From assembly GCA_041613315.1 (NCBI GenBank), contig JBFJHJ010000001.1, positions 64,001 through 128,000 on the forward strand: a stretch of DNA of 64,000 bases, read 5' to 3'. The translations under genes were made by a program, and so were the position numbers. Shown here piece by piece: positions 8,233 to 19,948 of this stretch (positions within the stretch are counted from its first letter, which is position 1; every line of letters starts with the position of its first letter). Below the pieces are notes generated by a model. That model did no database searches. It was not told where the DNA came from and saw only the letters and a list, made by a program, of their open reading frames with translations. The stretch comes from Gemmatimonadales bacterium (GTDB taxonomy: Bacteria > Gemmatimonadota > Gemmatimonadetes > Gemmatimonadales > GWC2-71-9).

Positions 8233-10475
8233 AAGCCGTGTGGACGATCGCCCGGCGCGAGCTCCGTGAGCTGCTCGACCACCCCATGGGGTACATCCTG
8301 CTGGTCCTGTTCCTGCTGGCCAACAACTTTTTCTTCTTCCGCCGCGCGTACCTCGAGGCGGTGGCGTCGCTCCGATCGATGCTCGATCTGCTCCCGTGGC
8401 TCTTGCTCCTCTTCGTGCCGGCGGTCACGATGCGGGCGCTGTCGGAGGACCAGCGGACGGGCACGATCGAGGTCGTCCTGGCGCATCCGGTGACGGAACT
8501 CGAGCTGCTGGCTGGGAAATACCTCGGGCAGCTCCTCTTTCTGTGGCTCGCGCTGGCGCTCACCTTGCCGGTCCCGCTGGCGCTGTCCCTGGGCGCGGAT
8601 CTGCAGACGGGTATCGTCGTGGCGCAGTACGTGGGAGCCGGACTGCTCGTGGCGGGCCTCACCGGCGTCGGGCTCTGGGCGTCGAGCATCACGCCCAACC
8701 AAATCACGGCGTTCATCGTGGCCGTCGCCGTGATGATTGTGCTGATCCTGCTGGGGGCGAACTCGCTCATCGCCGGGCTTCCACCGGCGCTGAGCAACGT
8801 CGCGGCCAGCCTCTCAGTGCTCACCCACTTCGAGAACATCACGCGCGGCGTGATCGATCTCCGCGACGCCGTATACTTCGTCACGCTGGCCGCGATGTTT
8901 CTCGCCTTGGCCTACCTGGCGCTCGCCGGGCGCAAGCTCTCGCCCGCCAGGGCGACGCTCCGGCGGCTGCGGCTGGGGACGCTGCTCCTCGCGGCCACGC
9001 TGGTGATCGTGAACCTGTTCGGGCGGCACATTGCGGGTCGGCTCGACCTGACCCCGGGCAACACGTACACGCTCTCCCCGGCCACGAAGGGCATGCTCCG
9101 GCAGGTCGACGATCTCGTGACGATCAAGCTCTTCATCTCGAAGGATCTCCCGCCCGAGGTGGCGATCGTCCGCCGGGATCTGGACGATCTCTTGCGTGAT
9201 ATGCAGGCGGCGGCCGGGGACAACCTCCGGGTGCAGACGCTGCGTCCCGAAAGCGGGACCCAGGCCGAGTCCGAGGCGCGGGGTCTCGGCATCCCGCCGA
9301 TCCAGTTCAACGTGATCGGGGAGTCCGAGTTCAAGGTGAAGGAGGGCTATCTTGGCCTCGCCGTCCAATACGCCGACCGCGCCGAAACCATCCCGGTTGT
9401 GGATCGGACGGACGACCTGGAGTACCGCTTGGTCTCGCAGATCCGCTCGCTCACGCGGACCGATACCACCGTCGTGGCGCTCGTCGAGAGCGGTGGCGAC
9501 CCGTCGGCGGGAGAGACCTACCGGGCGTTGCGCGAGGAGCTCGAGCGGTCGTACAAGGTCGTCGCTGTGCGGCCCGCGGACAGTGCGACGCTTCCCGACC
9601 TCGCACGCGTGCTCATCCTCGCCGGCTCGCCGATGTTCGCGCCGGACAGCTTCGTCGCACGCGTGCGGTCGTTCTTCGAGCGCGGCGGCGCGGGATTGGT
9701 GCTCGCGAGCGGCATGGCGCTCCAGCCCCAGGCGCCGTTCGCCCAGCCGCGGCCGGTGCCGTGGAATGCCGCGTTGCAGGGCTACGGCGTGTCCATCCGA
9801 CCGGACCTCGTCTACGACCTGGCCTCCAACGAGCGCGTGACCGTCCCGGCGCAGCGCGGGCCCTTCCGCGTGGTGGTGAACTACCCCCTGTGGATCCGGG
9901 CGATGAGCACGCAGCGCTCCCCGGTGAACCAGGACATCGAGTCCACCTTGCTCCCGTGGACCAGCAGCATCGACACCTCGGGCGCCGCTCCGGGCTCGGT
10001 GGTGCCCCTCCTCACGACGAGCCGCGCCGGGGGCGTCGAGACGGGCCAGGCGTTCGTCGCGCCCCAGCGCGATTTCCCCGGCGACAGCCTGGCGACCCGC
10101 CTCCTGGGCGTCCTCGTGAACCCACGCGGCGACGGCGCGGCCGACTCGGCCCGGGGCCGCCTCGTCGTGATCGGCAACCAGACGTTCCTTACCGACCAGT
10201 TCGTGCGGAACGCCCCCGGCGGACTGGCGCTCGTGCTCAACGCCGTGGACTGGTTGGCGCAGGACGAGGCGCTGATGACGATCCGGGCGAAGGACCGCAG
10301 TCCGCCGCCGCTCGTGTTCTCCAGCGAGTTCAAGCGCGACGTGGCGAAGTACGGCAACCTCGCCGGCGTCCCCCTCCTCCTCATCGCCTTCGCCGGTCTC
10401 CGGCTCTGGCTCCGCCGCCGGCGCACCCTCGAGCGATACCATTCCCCCGGGATGCCGGCCGGCCTGGCGGCATGA
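8229..10475 (+). CDS. Fused ABC-2 permease (GldF-like) and GldG-like periplasmic domain
   Basis: N-terminal 6 TM with TMRALSEDQRTGTIEV and GVIDLRDAVYF; then RLDLTPGNTYTLSPATK, DLEYRL, LNAVDWL; C-terminal TM. Confidence 0.85.
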   Translation: MKAVWTIARRELRELLDHPMGYILLVLFLLANNFFFFRRAYLEAVASLRSMLDLLPWLLLLFVPAVTMRALSEDQRTGTIEVVLAHPVTELELLAGKYLGQLLFLWLALALTLPVPLALSLGADLQTGIVVAQYVGAGLLVAGLTGVGLWASSITPNQITAFIVAVAVMIVLILLGANSLIAGLPPALSNVAASLSVLTHFENITRGVIDLRDAVYFVTLAAMFLALAYLALAGRKLSPARATLRRLRLGTLLLAATLVIVNLFGRHIAGRLDLTPGNTYTLSPATKGMLRQVDDLVTIKLFISKDLPPEVAIVRRDLDDLLRDMQAAAGDNLRVQTLRPESGTQAESEARGLGIPPIQFNVIGESEFKVKEGYLGLAVQYADRAETIPVVDRTDDLEYRLVSQIRSLTRTDTTVVALVESGGDPSAGETYRALREELERSYKVVAVRPADSATLPDLARVLILAGSPMFAPDSFVARVRSFFERGGAGLVLASGMALQPQAPFAQPRPVPWNAALQGYGVSIRPDLVYDLASNERVTVPAQRGPFRVVVNYPLWIRAMSTQRSPVNQDIESTLLPWTSSIDTSGAAPGSVVPLLTTSRAGGVETGQAFVAPQRDFPGDSLATRLLGVLVNPRGDGAADSARGRLVVIGNQTFLTDQFVRNAPGGLALVLNAVDWLAQDEALMTIRAKDRSPPPLVFSSEFKRDVAKYGNLAGVPLLLIAFAGLRLWLRRRRTLERYHSPGMPAGLAA

Positions 10476-11386
10476 CCGCGACGCAGCTCACACGGATCGC
10501 GATCGCCCTCGGCGTGGTGCTGCTGCTCTGGGGCGCCGCCGAGATCCTGGGAGGAGGGATCGGACGCGGCGGTGGCGCCGTGCCGATCCGCTCGACCACG
10601 ATGGACGAAGCCGACACCGTCGAGCTTCGCCGCAGCGACGACACGCTCGTCCTCGTCAAGGACGGCGGCCGGTGGACGGTGGACGGCTTCGCGTCGGACG
10701 TCTCGCTGCTGCGGGACCTCTTCGCCGACTTCGGAGACTCGTTGCGCGCCGAGCTGGTGGCCCGGAGCCCGTCGTCACATACCCGCATGGGCGTGGACAG
10801 CGCCGGCGGAAAGCGGCTGCGCATTGTGGCGGGCGATCGCACGCTCATCGATCTGTGGGTCGGCAATCGCGGCACCGTGTGGGAGGGCATCTTCGTTCGG
10901 CCGGAGGGCGACGACCGCGTGTACGAATTGCGGGGACGGCTCGCGGGGGCCGCCGACCGTCCGCTCAACGACTGGCGGGACAAGCGCATCGTCGAAATCG
11001 AGCCCGACAGCGTGGCCCAGGTGGCCCTGGAGCGGGGTCGTCGCCGGTACGTGCTGGAGCGGGTGACGGATGGGTGGCGCTTCGCGGACGGCGGCGCGGC
11101 GGACGCCGCCAAGGCGACGCGGTTAGTCGGGGCCTACCGATCGCTCGTCGCTCAGGGGAGCTACTTCGCCACCGAGGCCGAAGCGGCGGCGGCGGATTTC
11201 GCGCGCCCCGACCGCCGGATCACCATGCTCGCCGCGGGCGGCGACACGCTGGCCGCTCTCGCATTCGACTCCACAGACACCGGATTCTGGGTGCGTCGCT
11301 CCTTCGGTGGTCCGGTGTTCCATCTGTTCACCTGGAAAGTGGACGATCTCGTTCCTCCGGACTCGGCCCTGCGGGTGAACCCGTAA
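10472..11386 (+). CDS. DUF4340-like protein, ABC accessory
   Basis: N-terminal TM, two repeated units (L.K.GG.W, FVRPEGDDRVY, DWRDK); ATGA overlap with upstream gene. Confidence 0.7.
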   Translation: MTATQLTRIAIALGVVLLLWGAAEILGGGIGRGGGAVPIRSTTMDEADTVELRRSDDTLVLVKDGGRWTVDGFASDVSLLRDLFADFGDSLRAELVARSPSSHTRMGVDSAGGKRLRIVAGDRTLIDLWVGNRGTVWEGIFVRPEGDDRVYELRGRLAGAADRPLNDWRDKRIVEIEPDSVAQVALERGRRRYVLERVTDGWRFADGGAADAAKATRLVGAYRSLVAQGSYFATEAEAAAADFARPDRRITMLAAGGDTLAALAFDSTDTGFWVRRSFGGPVFHLFTWKVDDLVPPDSALRVNP

Positions 11387-11470
11387 GCGAGCGCTCGAGC
11401 GCGGCGGGAAGCCCATGGCGGAGATCGCCTGCCGCGTCTGTTTGTTTCAGATGCGCCGTGGGATACCGGC

Positions 11471-11764
11471 TCAATGCGTCCCGCTCACCTTCCTGATCCG
11501 GATGCCCAGCACGCGGAACCCCGCGTGTGCGAGTAGGGGAAACCCGAACAGCACCACGGCGGTGGGGATGACGACGCGGCCGGCGAACCCCATCCCCCCC
11601 AGCGCCGCCCGCAGCCCGCCCCAGACCACCACGTACAGGGCCATCGTCGCGAGAAGTCCCATGACCTGTCTCAGGGCCGAGCCGCCCACCACGTCCACGG
11701 GCCAGCCGCCGAGATAGACCATGGCCAGGGCAAAGAACAGGCAGATCGCGATCAGCCATTCCAT
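11471..11764 (-). CDS. Small hypothetical membrane protein (3 TM)
   Basis: MEWLIAICLFFALAMVYL...; GGAG RBS upstream. Confidence 0.6.
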   Translation of the reverse strand: MEWLIAICLFFALAMVYLGGWPVDVVGGSALRQVMGLLATMALYVVVWGGLRAALGGMGFAGRVVIPTAVVLFGFPLLAHAGFRVLGIRIRKVSGTH

Positions 11765-11834
11765 TGCGGGTCTCCCAGTGAAGTGAGTGCTGCGGATTGC
11801 CAACGGCGACCACGTTGGTGCGTGCGGTCGTTCC

Positions 11835-12482
11835 TTATCTTGCTCGGCCGGTCGCTACTGCCCGCGCCGAGAGCGCCAACGCCAGCGCCAGCAGCGCGAT
11901 GCCCACGGCACTGCCCGCCACGGCGAGCACGCCGCGAGCCGACATTCGCGTCGGACCCACGACCAGCACCCTGGGGGCGGGACGCGGGCGCCCCGGGGCG
12001 CCCGCCCATTCTAGCATTTCGCCTGTCGCCCGCGCGAGGGTGACGGGAAAGACGAGCTGCCGTTCACGAGCGTCCCCGGCCACGCGGCCGAGGAAGGCGA
12101 ATTCTCGGAACTCGCCGCGGCTGAGCGTGCCGCCCGACCACGTGATGGTCTGAGGCGTCGTGTCGGAGGGGGCGCGCGCCGCGAACGTCCACCCCGGCAC
12201 GGGCTCCACTCCCAGGACCGTCACGATCTCGGGGACCGCGACGTGGACGCCCGTGACGGCGGTATCGCCGGCATTGACCACGCGCACGGCGAACCGCTCC
12301 CACGATGCGGGCGATGTCGTGCCCGGCGCGATCGCGACCTGGGCGGGAACAGAGGTGGGAAGGGCGGAGATGACCCAAAGGACGGTTAAGACGATCGGGG
12401 CCGTCGCATGGGCCGCAGGCCTGCGCCCGTCGTAGCGGTCCCCGTCGGGGTGCCCGGCGCCCGCCAATCGCTGATCGATCAT
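11835..12482 (-). CDS. YcnI/DUF1775-like exported protein with C-terminal TM
   Basis: QVAIAP...FAVRVVN...EPVPGWT...ITWSGGTL..GEFREF...LVFPV...EW; start uncertain. Confidence 0.7.
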   Translation of the reverse strand: MIDQRLAGAGHPDGDRYDGRRPAAHATAPIVLTVLWVISALPTSVPAQVAIAPGTTSPASWERFAVRVVNAGDTAVTGVHVAVPEIVTVLGVEPVPGWTFAARAPSDTTPQTITWSGGTLSRGEFREFAFLGRVAGDARERQLVFPVTLARATGEMLEWAGAPGRPRPAPRVLVVGPTRMSARGVLAVAGSAVGIALLALALALSARAVATGRAR

Positions 12483-12513
12483 TGACCCTCCTGAGATGCG
12501 CCGCGTCACGGTC

Positions 12514-13245
12514 CTACCGGCTAACCGCCTCGCCGTCCTGACCGCCTGACTCTCCCGACCCCAACAGCCGTCGCGCGGTCCGAAACACCGCGTGCCACAT
12601 CGCGCGCGTGAGCCGTCCCGTGTTCGTATTCTGCCGGCTCGGGTGGTAGGAACTCATGAGCCGCATCCCGTCGGGCAGCGTCGCCATTGCGCCGTGGGCG
12701 AACCGCGGCCGCTCCCCCGGCTTCAGGCGCGCCCACCAGCCGGCGGCTTCGAGCCACTGGCGGTGGGCGACGTGCCCCAGCACGAGCGTGAGCGTGACGC
12801 GATCGAGGAGCGCGAGCTCGCCCGCCAGATACGGCCGGCAGGCGTCGAGCTCGTGCCGGGTCGGCCGGTTTCCGGGCGGCGCGCATCGGGCGGCGGCGGT
12901 GATGTAACAGTCCCGCAGCTCGAGGCCGTCGTCCGATGCTGTTGCCTCGGCCTGACTGGCGAAGCCGAACCGGTGCAGCGCGCCGTAGAGCCAGTTGCCG
13001 CTCGAGTCGCCGGTGAACATCCGGCCCGTTCGGTTGGCGCCGTGGGCCGCCGGCGCAAGCCCGACGATCAACAGCCGGGCCGCCGGATCGCCGAAGCCCG
13101 GAACCGGTTTGCCCCAGTAGTCCCAGTCGACGTACAGCGGCCTGCGCCGCTCTGCGACGGCGCGGCAGTGTCGCACGAGCCGGGGACACGCCGTACACCG
13201 GACCACCGCGGCCCGAAGCGTGTCGAGGGAGCGGTATCGCGTCAT
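12514..13245 (-). CDS. Uracil-DNA glycosylase family 5 (UdgB-like, Fe-S)
   Basis: CTACPRL, GLAPAAHGANRTGRMFTGD, RCAPPGNRP, YHPSRQNTNTG. Confidence 0.9.
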   Translation of the reverse strand: MTRYRSLDTLRAAVVRCTACPRLVRHCRAVAERRRPLYVDWDYWGKPVPGFGDPAARLLIVGLAPAAHGANRTGRMFTGDSSGNWLYGALHRFGFASQAEATASDDGLELRDCYITAAARCAPPGNRPTRHELDACRPYLAGELALLDRVTLTLVLGHVAHRQWLEAAGWWARLKPGERPRFAHGAMATLPDGMRLMSSYHPSRQNTNTGRLTRAMWHAVFRTARRLLGSGESGGQDGEAVSR

Positions 13246-13299
13246 CGGTGGACTCGACGGCCGTAACGTGACGCGACGGCACCGCTTCCGTGGCCGCCG

Positions 13300-14988
13300 C
13301 TACCGCCCGGCCTTGGCGACCTCCGCGGCGCGCAGCTCGCGTCGCAGGACCTTGAGCACCGAGCTCTTGGGAAGCGCGTCCATGAACTCGATGGTCCGCG
13401 GCACCTTGTACGCCGCCAGCTCCTCGCGGCAGTGCGTGAGCAGCTCGTCGGCCGTCGCTCGCTGCCCCGGCTTCAGGACGACGAACGATTTCACCGTCTC
13501 GCCCCGCTTGGCGTCCGGCACCCCGATGGTCCCGGCCTCGAGGACCGCGGGGTGGCTCATCAGCACGCGATCGATCTCGTCCGGATACACATTGTAGCCC
13601 GAGCAGAGGATCATGTCCTTCTTGCGTCCCTCAATGAAGAAGAAGCCGTCCTCGTCCATCCGGGCGAGGTCGCCGGTGTAGAGCCAGCCGGCGCGGATCA
13701 TCTCCGCCGTGGCCTCGGGCCGCTTCCAATACCCCTTCATCACCTGCGGGCCGTTGACGGCCAGTTCACCCACCTCGTTGGGGGGGAGGATCCGTGTCCC
13801 GTCTTCGATGTCGACGATGCGGGCGTCGGTGGAGGAGATCGGGACGCCGATGCTCCCCGGTTTGCGCGTGCCGAGGACGGGGTTCGAGTGGGTGACGGGG
13901 GCCGTCTCGGTCAGGCCGAAGCCCTCGGTGATCTTCCCGCCCGTAATCGCCTCGAAGCGTTGCATCACCTCGACCGGCAGCGGCGCGGAGCCCGAATTGC
14001 AGACTTTGACGCTCGAGAGATCGGCTTTCGCCGCGTCGGGGTGCTGGTTGATGGCGTTGTAGGTGGCGGGCACGGCCGGCGCCAGCGTCACGCGATGCTT
14101 CGCGATCGCGGACACGATGGCGGGAATGTCCCGCGGATTGGGTAACAGCACCAGGGCCGCTCCCATCGCGATCCCGTTGTTCATCGCCACCGTGAGGCCG
14201 TACGAGTGGAACAGCGGCAGCATGGTCAACATGACCTCGCGGCCCGGTACGAGGCCGGGCAACCAGGCGGCGAGCTGCTGCACGTTCACCGACAAGTTGC
14301 GGTGGGTGAGCATCGCACCCTTGGAGACGCCGGTTGTTCCGCCGGTGTACAGCAGCGTTGCCACGTCGTCCAACTCGAGCGTCACGGCCGGCGGCTGCGG
14401 GGGCGTCTTCCGGACGAGCGTCCGGAAGTCGTGCACGTTGGCGTCGCGGGGGACGTTCGCGACGAGCGGCGGGGCCTGGCGCCGGAGCTTGAACGGCGCG
14501 AGCTGTTTGAGCGGGAATCGCATGTAGTCGGGAATCGTCGTCACGACGTAGTGCTTGACCGGCAGGCGGTCGCGGATCGCGCGGATCTTCTGCACGTAGA
14601 GGTAGTCAGTGATCACGGCCACCTCGCAGCCGCCGTCGTTCCACTGATGCTCGATTTCCCGTGGCGTGTACAGCGGATTGGTCGGCGAGGCGATCGCGTT
14701 GAGCGACAGCGCGGCGTAGTAGGCGATCGCAAACTGCGGAAGGTTTGGGGTCTGAATGGCGACCCGCGTCCCTCGTGCCACTCCGAGCGTCGTGAGAGCG
14801 GTCGCGAACCGATCGACTTCGTCGCCGAATTGCCGATAGGTGAGCCGGCCGTTGAAGAAGATCAATGCCGGTCGATCCGGGTACGTTCGCACGGCGCGTC
14901 GGAGGAAATCCACCACCGTCGCAGGCTCGAGGTCGAGCTCTGCGGGAACGCCGTCATCGTAGTGCCGATGCCAGGGCCTCTGCTCCAT
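13300..14988 (-). CDS. Long-chain fatty acid-CoA ligase
   Basis: YTGGTTGVSKG AMP-binding loop, EGFGLTET, WLYTGD, GRKKDMI..SGYNVYP, AAYKVP. Confidence 0.9.
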   Translation of the reverse strand: MEQRPWHRHYDDGVPAELDLEPATVVDFLRRAVRTYPDRPALIFFNGRLTYRQFGDEVDRFATALTTLGVARGTRVAIQTPNLPQFAIAYYAALSLNAIASPTNPLYTPREIEHQWNDGGCEVAVITDYLYVQKIRAIRDRLPVKHYVVTTIPDYMRFPLKQLAPFKLRRQAPPLVANVPRDANVHDFRTLVRKTPPQPPAVTLELDDVATLLYTGGTTGVSKGAMLTHRNLSVNVQQLAAWLPGLVPGREVMLTMLPLFHSYGLTVAMNNGIAMGAALVLLPNPRDIPAIVSAIAKHRVTLAPAVPATYNAINQHPDAAKADLSSVKVCNSGSAPLPVEVMQRFEAITGGKITEGFGLTETAPVTHSNPVLGTRKPGSIGVPISSTDARIVDIEDGTRILPPNEVGELAVNGPQVMKGYWKRPEATAEMIRAGWLYTGDLARMDEDGFFFIEGRKKDMILCSGYNVYPDEIDRVLMSHPAVLEAGTIGVPDAKRGETVKSFVVLKPGQRATADELLTHCREELAAYKVPRTIEFMDALPKSSVLKVLRRELRAAEVAKAGR

Positions 14989-15196
14989 GATGCCTCCCGA
15001 ATCCCGTGCCGGGCAATCATGCGCGACCGGGTTGCGGTGTGTCAATCCACCGGATAGCGATACCTGACGAGCGCTCAGGCCGCTCGGACGGTACCGATTG
15101 AACTCCGCCCCCTGGACACTAATCTTCAAGGGCCGAGGCTCACACCGTCCGGCTCAACACATACACCACAAACTCACTCAGCACGAGGTCTTCGTG

Positions 15197-16525
15197 ATGC
15201 GCCACGTTTCGTGTCGACTCCTCGCATGGGTGACCGTCGCGACCGCCACCGCGGCCGGTCCCGCCGCCGCCCAGCAGCGGCTTTCCTCCGTGGAGCGCCA
15301 GATCGTCGCCTCCGTCGATGCCCAGACGCCGGCGGCGGTCGCGTTCCTCGAGGAAGTGGTGAACATCAACTCGGGGACCATGAACTTCGACGGGGTCCGG
15401 GCGGTCGGTCGAGCGTTTCAGGCGAAGCTCGACGCGCTGGGGTTCGCCACGCGGTGGATCCCGATGGATGAGGCGGGGCGCGCCGGCCATCTGTTCGCCG
15501 AGCGGCAGGATCGCGCGAGCGGCGGGAAGCGCCTGCTCCTGATTGGGCACTTGGACACCGTGTTCGAGCACGACAGTCCCTTCCAGCGGTTCGAGCGGCG
15601 GGACGGCCAAGCTCTGGGGCCGGGCACGGAGGACATGAAGGGCGGGAACGTCGTGATGCTGTTGGCGCTCCAGGCGCTCCACGCGGCGGGAGCGCTGGAT
15701 GGGACCACGATGATCGTGGCGCTCACGGGCGACGAGGAAGACACCGGCGACCCGCTCAGCGTGTCGCGGCGCGACCTCCTTGAGGCGGGACGCCGAAGCG
15801 ATATCGCCTTGGGGTTCGAGGGTGGCATCGGCACGGGCACGGCAACGGTCGCGCGGCGCGGGTTCACCGGCTGGATCGTGCGGGTCGGTGGCACGCCTGC
15901 CCACTCCTCACAGGTGTTCCGTGAGGACGTGGGGAGCGGCGCCATCTACGAGGCGGCCCGTATCCTCCATGACTTCCACGAGGAGTTGCGGGGCGAGCGC
16001 TACTTGACCCTCAACCCGGGGACCATCCTGGGCGGGACGTCCGTGACGTTCGATGCCGTGCAGAGCAGGGGCACGACATTCGGCAAGACCAACGTCATCG
16101 CCGAGCACACGGTGGTGGCCGGCGACTTGCGGTTCATCTCGGAGGCACAGCGCGAGCGCGCCAAGGAGCGGATGCGAGCGATCGTCGCGCGACACCTCCC
16201 GCAGACGACGGCAACGATCACCTTCGAGGACTCCTACCCGGCGATGGCGCCGACGCCCGCCAACTACACCTTGCTCGAGCGGCTCGACCGCGTGAGCCGC
16301 GATCTCGGCTTCGGGGCCGTCGAGGCGGTGGATCCGGGCCGACGCGGCGCCGCCGACGTGTCCTTTGTAGCGCCGATCGTCGAAGCCTCGCTGGACGGTC
16401 TCGGGATCGTCGGAGACGGCGGCCACACCGTGGCAGAGCGCGCAGACCTCGCGACCCTCACTCTCATGGCGAAGCGGGCGGCCCTGCTGATCTATCGGCT
16501 GACGCGGGAGCGGCCGGGGACCTAG
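15197..16525 (+). CDS. M20 family metallopeptidase (carboxypeptidase G2-like), secreted
   Basis: Signal peptide AAA-Q; IGHLDTVF, GPGTEDMKGG, GDEE, AHSS, GGHT. Confidence 0.88.
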   Translation: MRHVSCRLLAWVTVATATAAGPAAAQQRLSSVERQIVASVDAQTPAAVAFLEEVVNINSGTMNFDGVRAVGRAFQAKLDALGFATRWIPMDEAGRAGHLFAERQDRASGGKRLLLIGHLDTVFEHDSPFQRFERRDGQALGPGTEDMKGGNVVMLLALQALHAAGALDGTTMIVALTGDEEDTGDPLSVSRRDLLEAGRRSDIALGFEGGIGTGTATVARRGFTGWIVRVGGTPAHSSQVFREDVGSGAIYEAARILHDFHEELRGERYLTLNPGTILGGTSVTFDAVQSRGTTFGKTNVIAEHTVVAGDLRFISEAQRERAKERMRAIVARHLPQTTATITFEDSYPAMAPTPANYTLLERLDRVSRDLGFGAVEAVDPGRRGAADVSFVAPIVEASLDGLGIVGDGGHTVAERADLATLTLMAKRAALLIYRLTRERPGT

Positions 16526-16652
16526 GGCAGCGCGGCGACCGCGCGGTGGGGACATGGAATGACGACGGACGGCGGGACGGACATACGGTCAGGCGGTCAA
16601 CCCTCCGTGGGTCAGGGGCGGACCGGTCGCAGCGTCCGCCCGCCCGCCTCTC

Positions 16653-18692
<2,040 letters not shown>

Positions 18693-18693
18693 C

Positions 18694-18718
18694 TAAATCA
18701 CTGTCGCGCAAGGCCTTA
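18694..18718. promoter_or_regulatory. 25-bp quasi-palindrome TAA-N4-CTG-N5-CAA-N4-TTA
   Basis: TAAATCACTGTCGCGCAAGGCCTTA; same architecture as the site at 26379-26403. Confidence 0.45.
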
Positions 18719-18916
18719 TCGCAAGCCGAGCGGGCGGGGCCCGGCGCCGCGCCCCGGGTCGGTTTCCGGGCGCTCTCGCGGCCTCCGGGACCGGCCCGCC
18801 GGACGAAGCAATGAGGGTGCCGTTCATCCCATCTTCACATTTGGTTGCGCTACCGGGCCAGAGATTCGAGCACTTGTGAAGCACTCTCACCGTCGACTCG
18901 TCGGGGGCCCACGGCC

Positions 18917-19948
18917 ATGACTCAGACCGAGTCTGCGGCTCGGAAACGGCGTTCCCCGCGAGGGGCCCGCTGGCTCCTCCAGGGACTCGTGGGCGTCGGA
19001 CTCGTTCTGGCGTCCGCCTGCCTGGACGAGCCGGCGGCACCCGTGAAGCCAGGCGACGACGGGAACCCCGGTGTGCCAGGGGACATTGAGCCCGAGCCCT
19101 CCGTGGAGCCGGATCTCTCCCACGTGATCGGGGGAAAGCTGATCTTGCCGATTCGGCTCACCCCCACGCCGGCAGGCCGCCTGGTCGTCTCGGATTTCTA
19201 CGCGCGGCGCGTCTTCCTCGTCGACCCGCCGACGCTTCGGGTCCTGGGCGGCCTCGTCGTCCAGGGCGGTCCGCTCGCCGTGGGCCTGTGGGGGCGACGC
19301 ATCTTTGTGGGGAACGCCGCCACCCGGACGGTCGACGTCTACGATCACCGTGGGGCCTATCTGTACTCCTTCGGAGGTGGCCCCGGGGCCGTCGGCGATC
19401 CGACTGATCTCGCCATCGATGCCGCGCGGGGCCTCGTATTCGTGGTGGACGGCCGGAGCCGCGTGGTGAAGGTGTTCACCGTCTATGGCGATCCCGTGTT
19501 CCAGATCTCGGGGCCGGGCCAGGGCGCCGCCCGGCTGCAGCGGCCGACCGGCATCGCGCTGCACGCGGATCAGGTGTTCGTCAGCGACTACGGTGACCTT
19601 CGGACGGGCGATCCGGCGCGTATCAAGGTCTTCGAGTACGACGGCAAGCTCGTGACCAGCCTCTCCGGCGGGAACGACGGCTCAAAGGCCCGGTTTGCCC
19701 GGCCTCAGGGGCTCACGGTGGACGCCCAGCGGCGCGTCTTCGTGACGGAAGCAATGTCCGGCGAGGTAATCGTGCTCGATCCCGCGACGGGCGCCGTGAT
19801 CAAGACGATCGGCACCTGGGGCTCCGACCCCGGCCAGTTGCGCCTGCCGCTGGACGTCACGCTGAGTCCCCGTTCTGACGCCATCTTCGTGACCAACTCC
19901 CGCAACGGTCGGGTGGAGCTGTTCGCCGGCGGGGGCGCGGTGCCATGA
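18917..19948 (+). CDS. NHL-repeat beta-propeller lipoprotein
   Basis: Lipobox LASA-C; about 6 NHL-like repeats (PTDLAID, RPTGIAL..VFVSD, RPQGLTVD..VFVTE, LPLDVTL..IFVTN). Confidence 0.82.
   Translation: MTQTESAARKRRSPRGARWLLQGLVGVGLVLASACLDEPAAPVKPGDDGNPGVPGDIEPEPSVEPDLSHVIGGKLILPIRLTPTPAGRLVVSDFYARRVFLVDPPTLRVLGGLVVQGGPLAVGLWGRRIFVGNAATRTVDVYDHRGAYLYSFGGGPGAVGDPTDLAIDAARGLVFVVDGRSRVVKVFTVYGDPVFQISGPGQGAARLQRPTGIALHADQVFVSDYGDLRTGDPARIKVFEYDGKLVTSLSGGNDGSKARFARPQGLTVDAQRRVFVTEAMSGEVIVLDPATGAVIKTIGTWGSDPGQLRLPLDVTLSPRSDAIFVTNSRNGRVELFAGGGAVP

Noticed and set aside
7264..11386. Gliding motility locus
   Set aside because: GldAFG-like ABC systems are widespread; no other gld/spr genes in the window
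16560..16652. GGACGG/CCGCCC short repeats between M20 peptidase and gyrB as CRISPR or REP
   Set aside because: Too short and irregular, no spacer periodicity, no cas genes; at most a weak bidirectional hairpin
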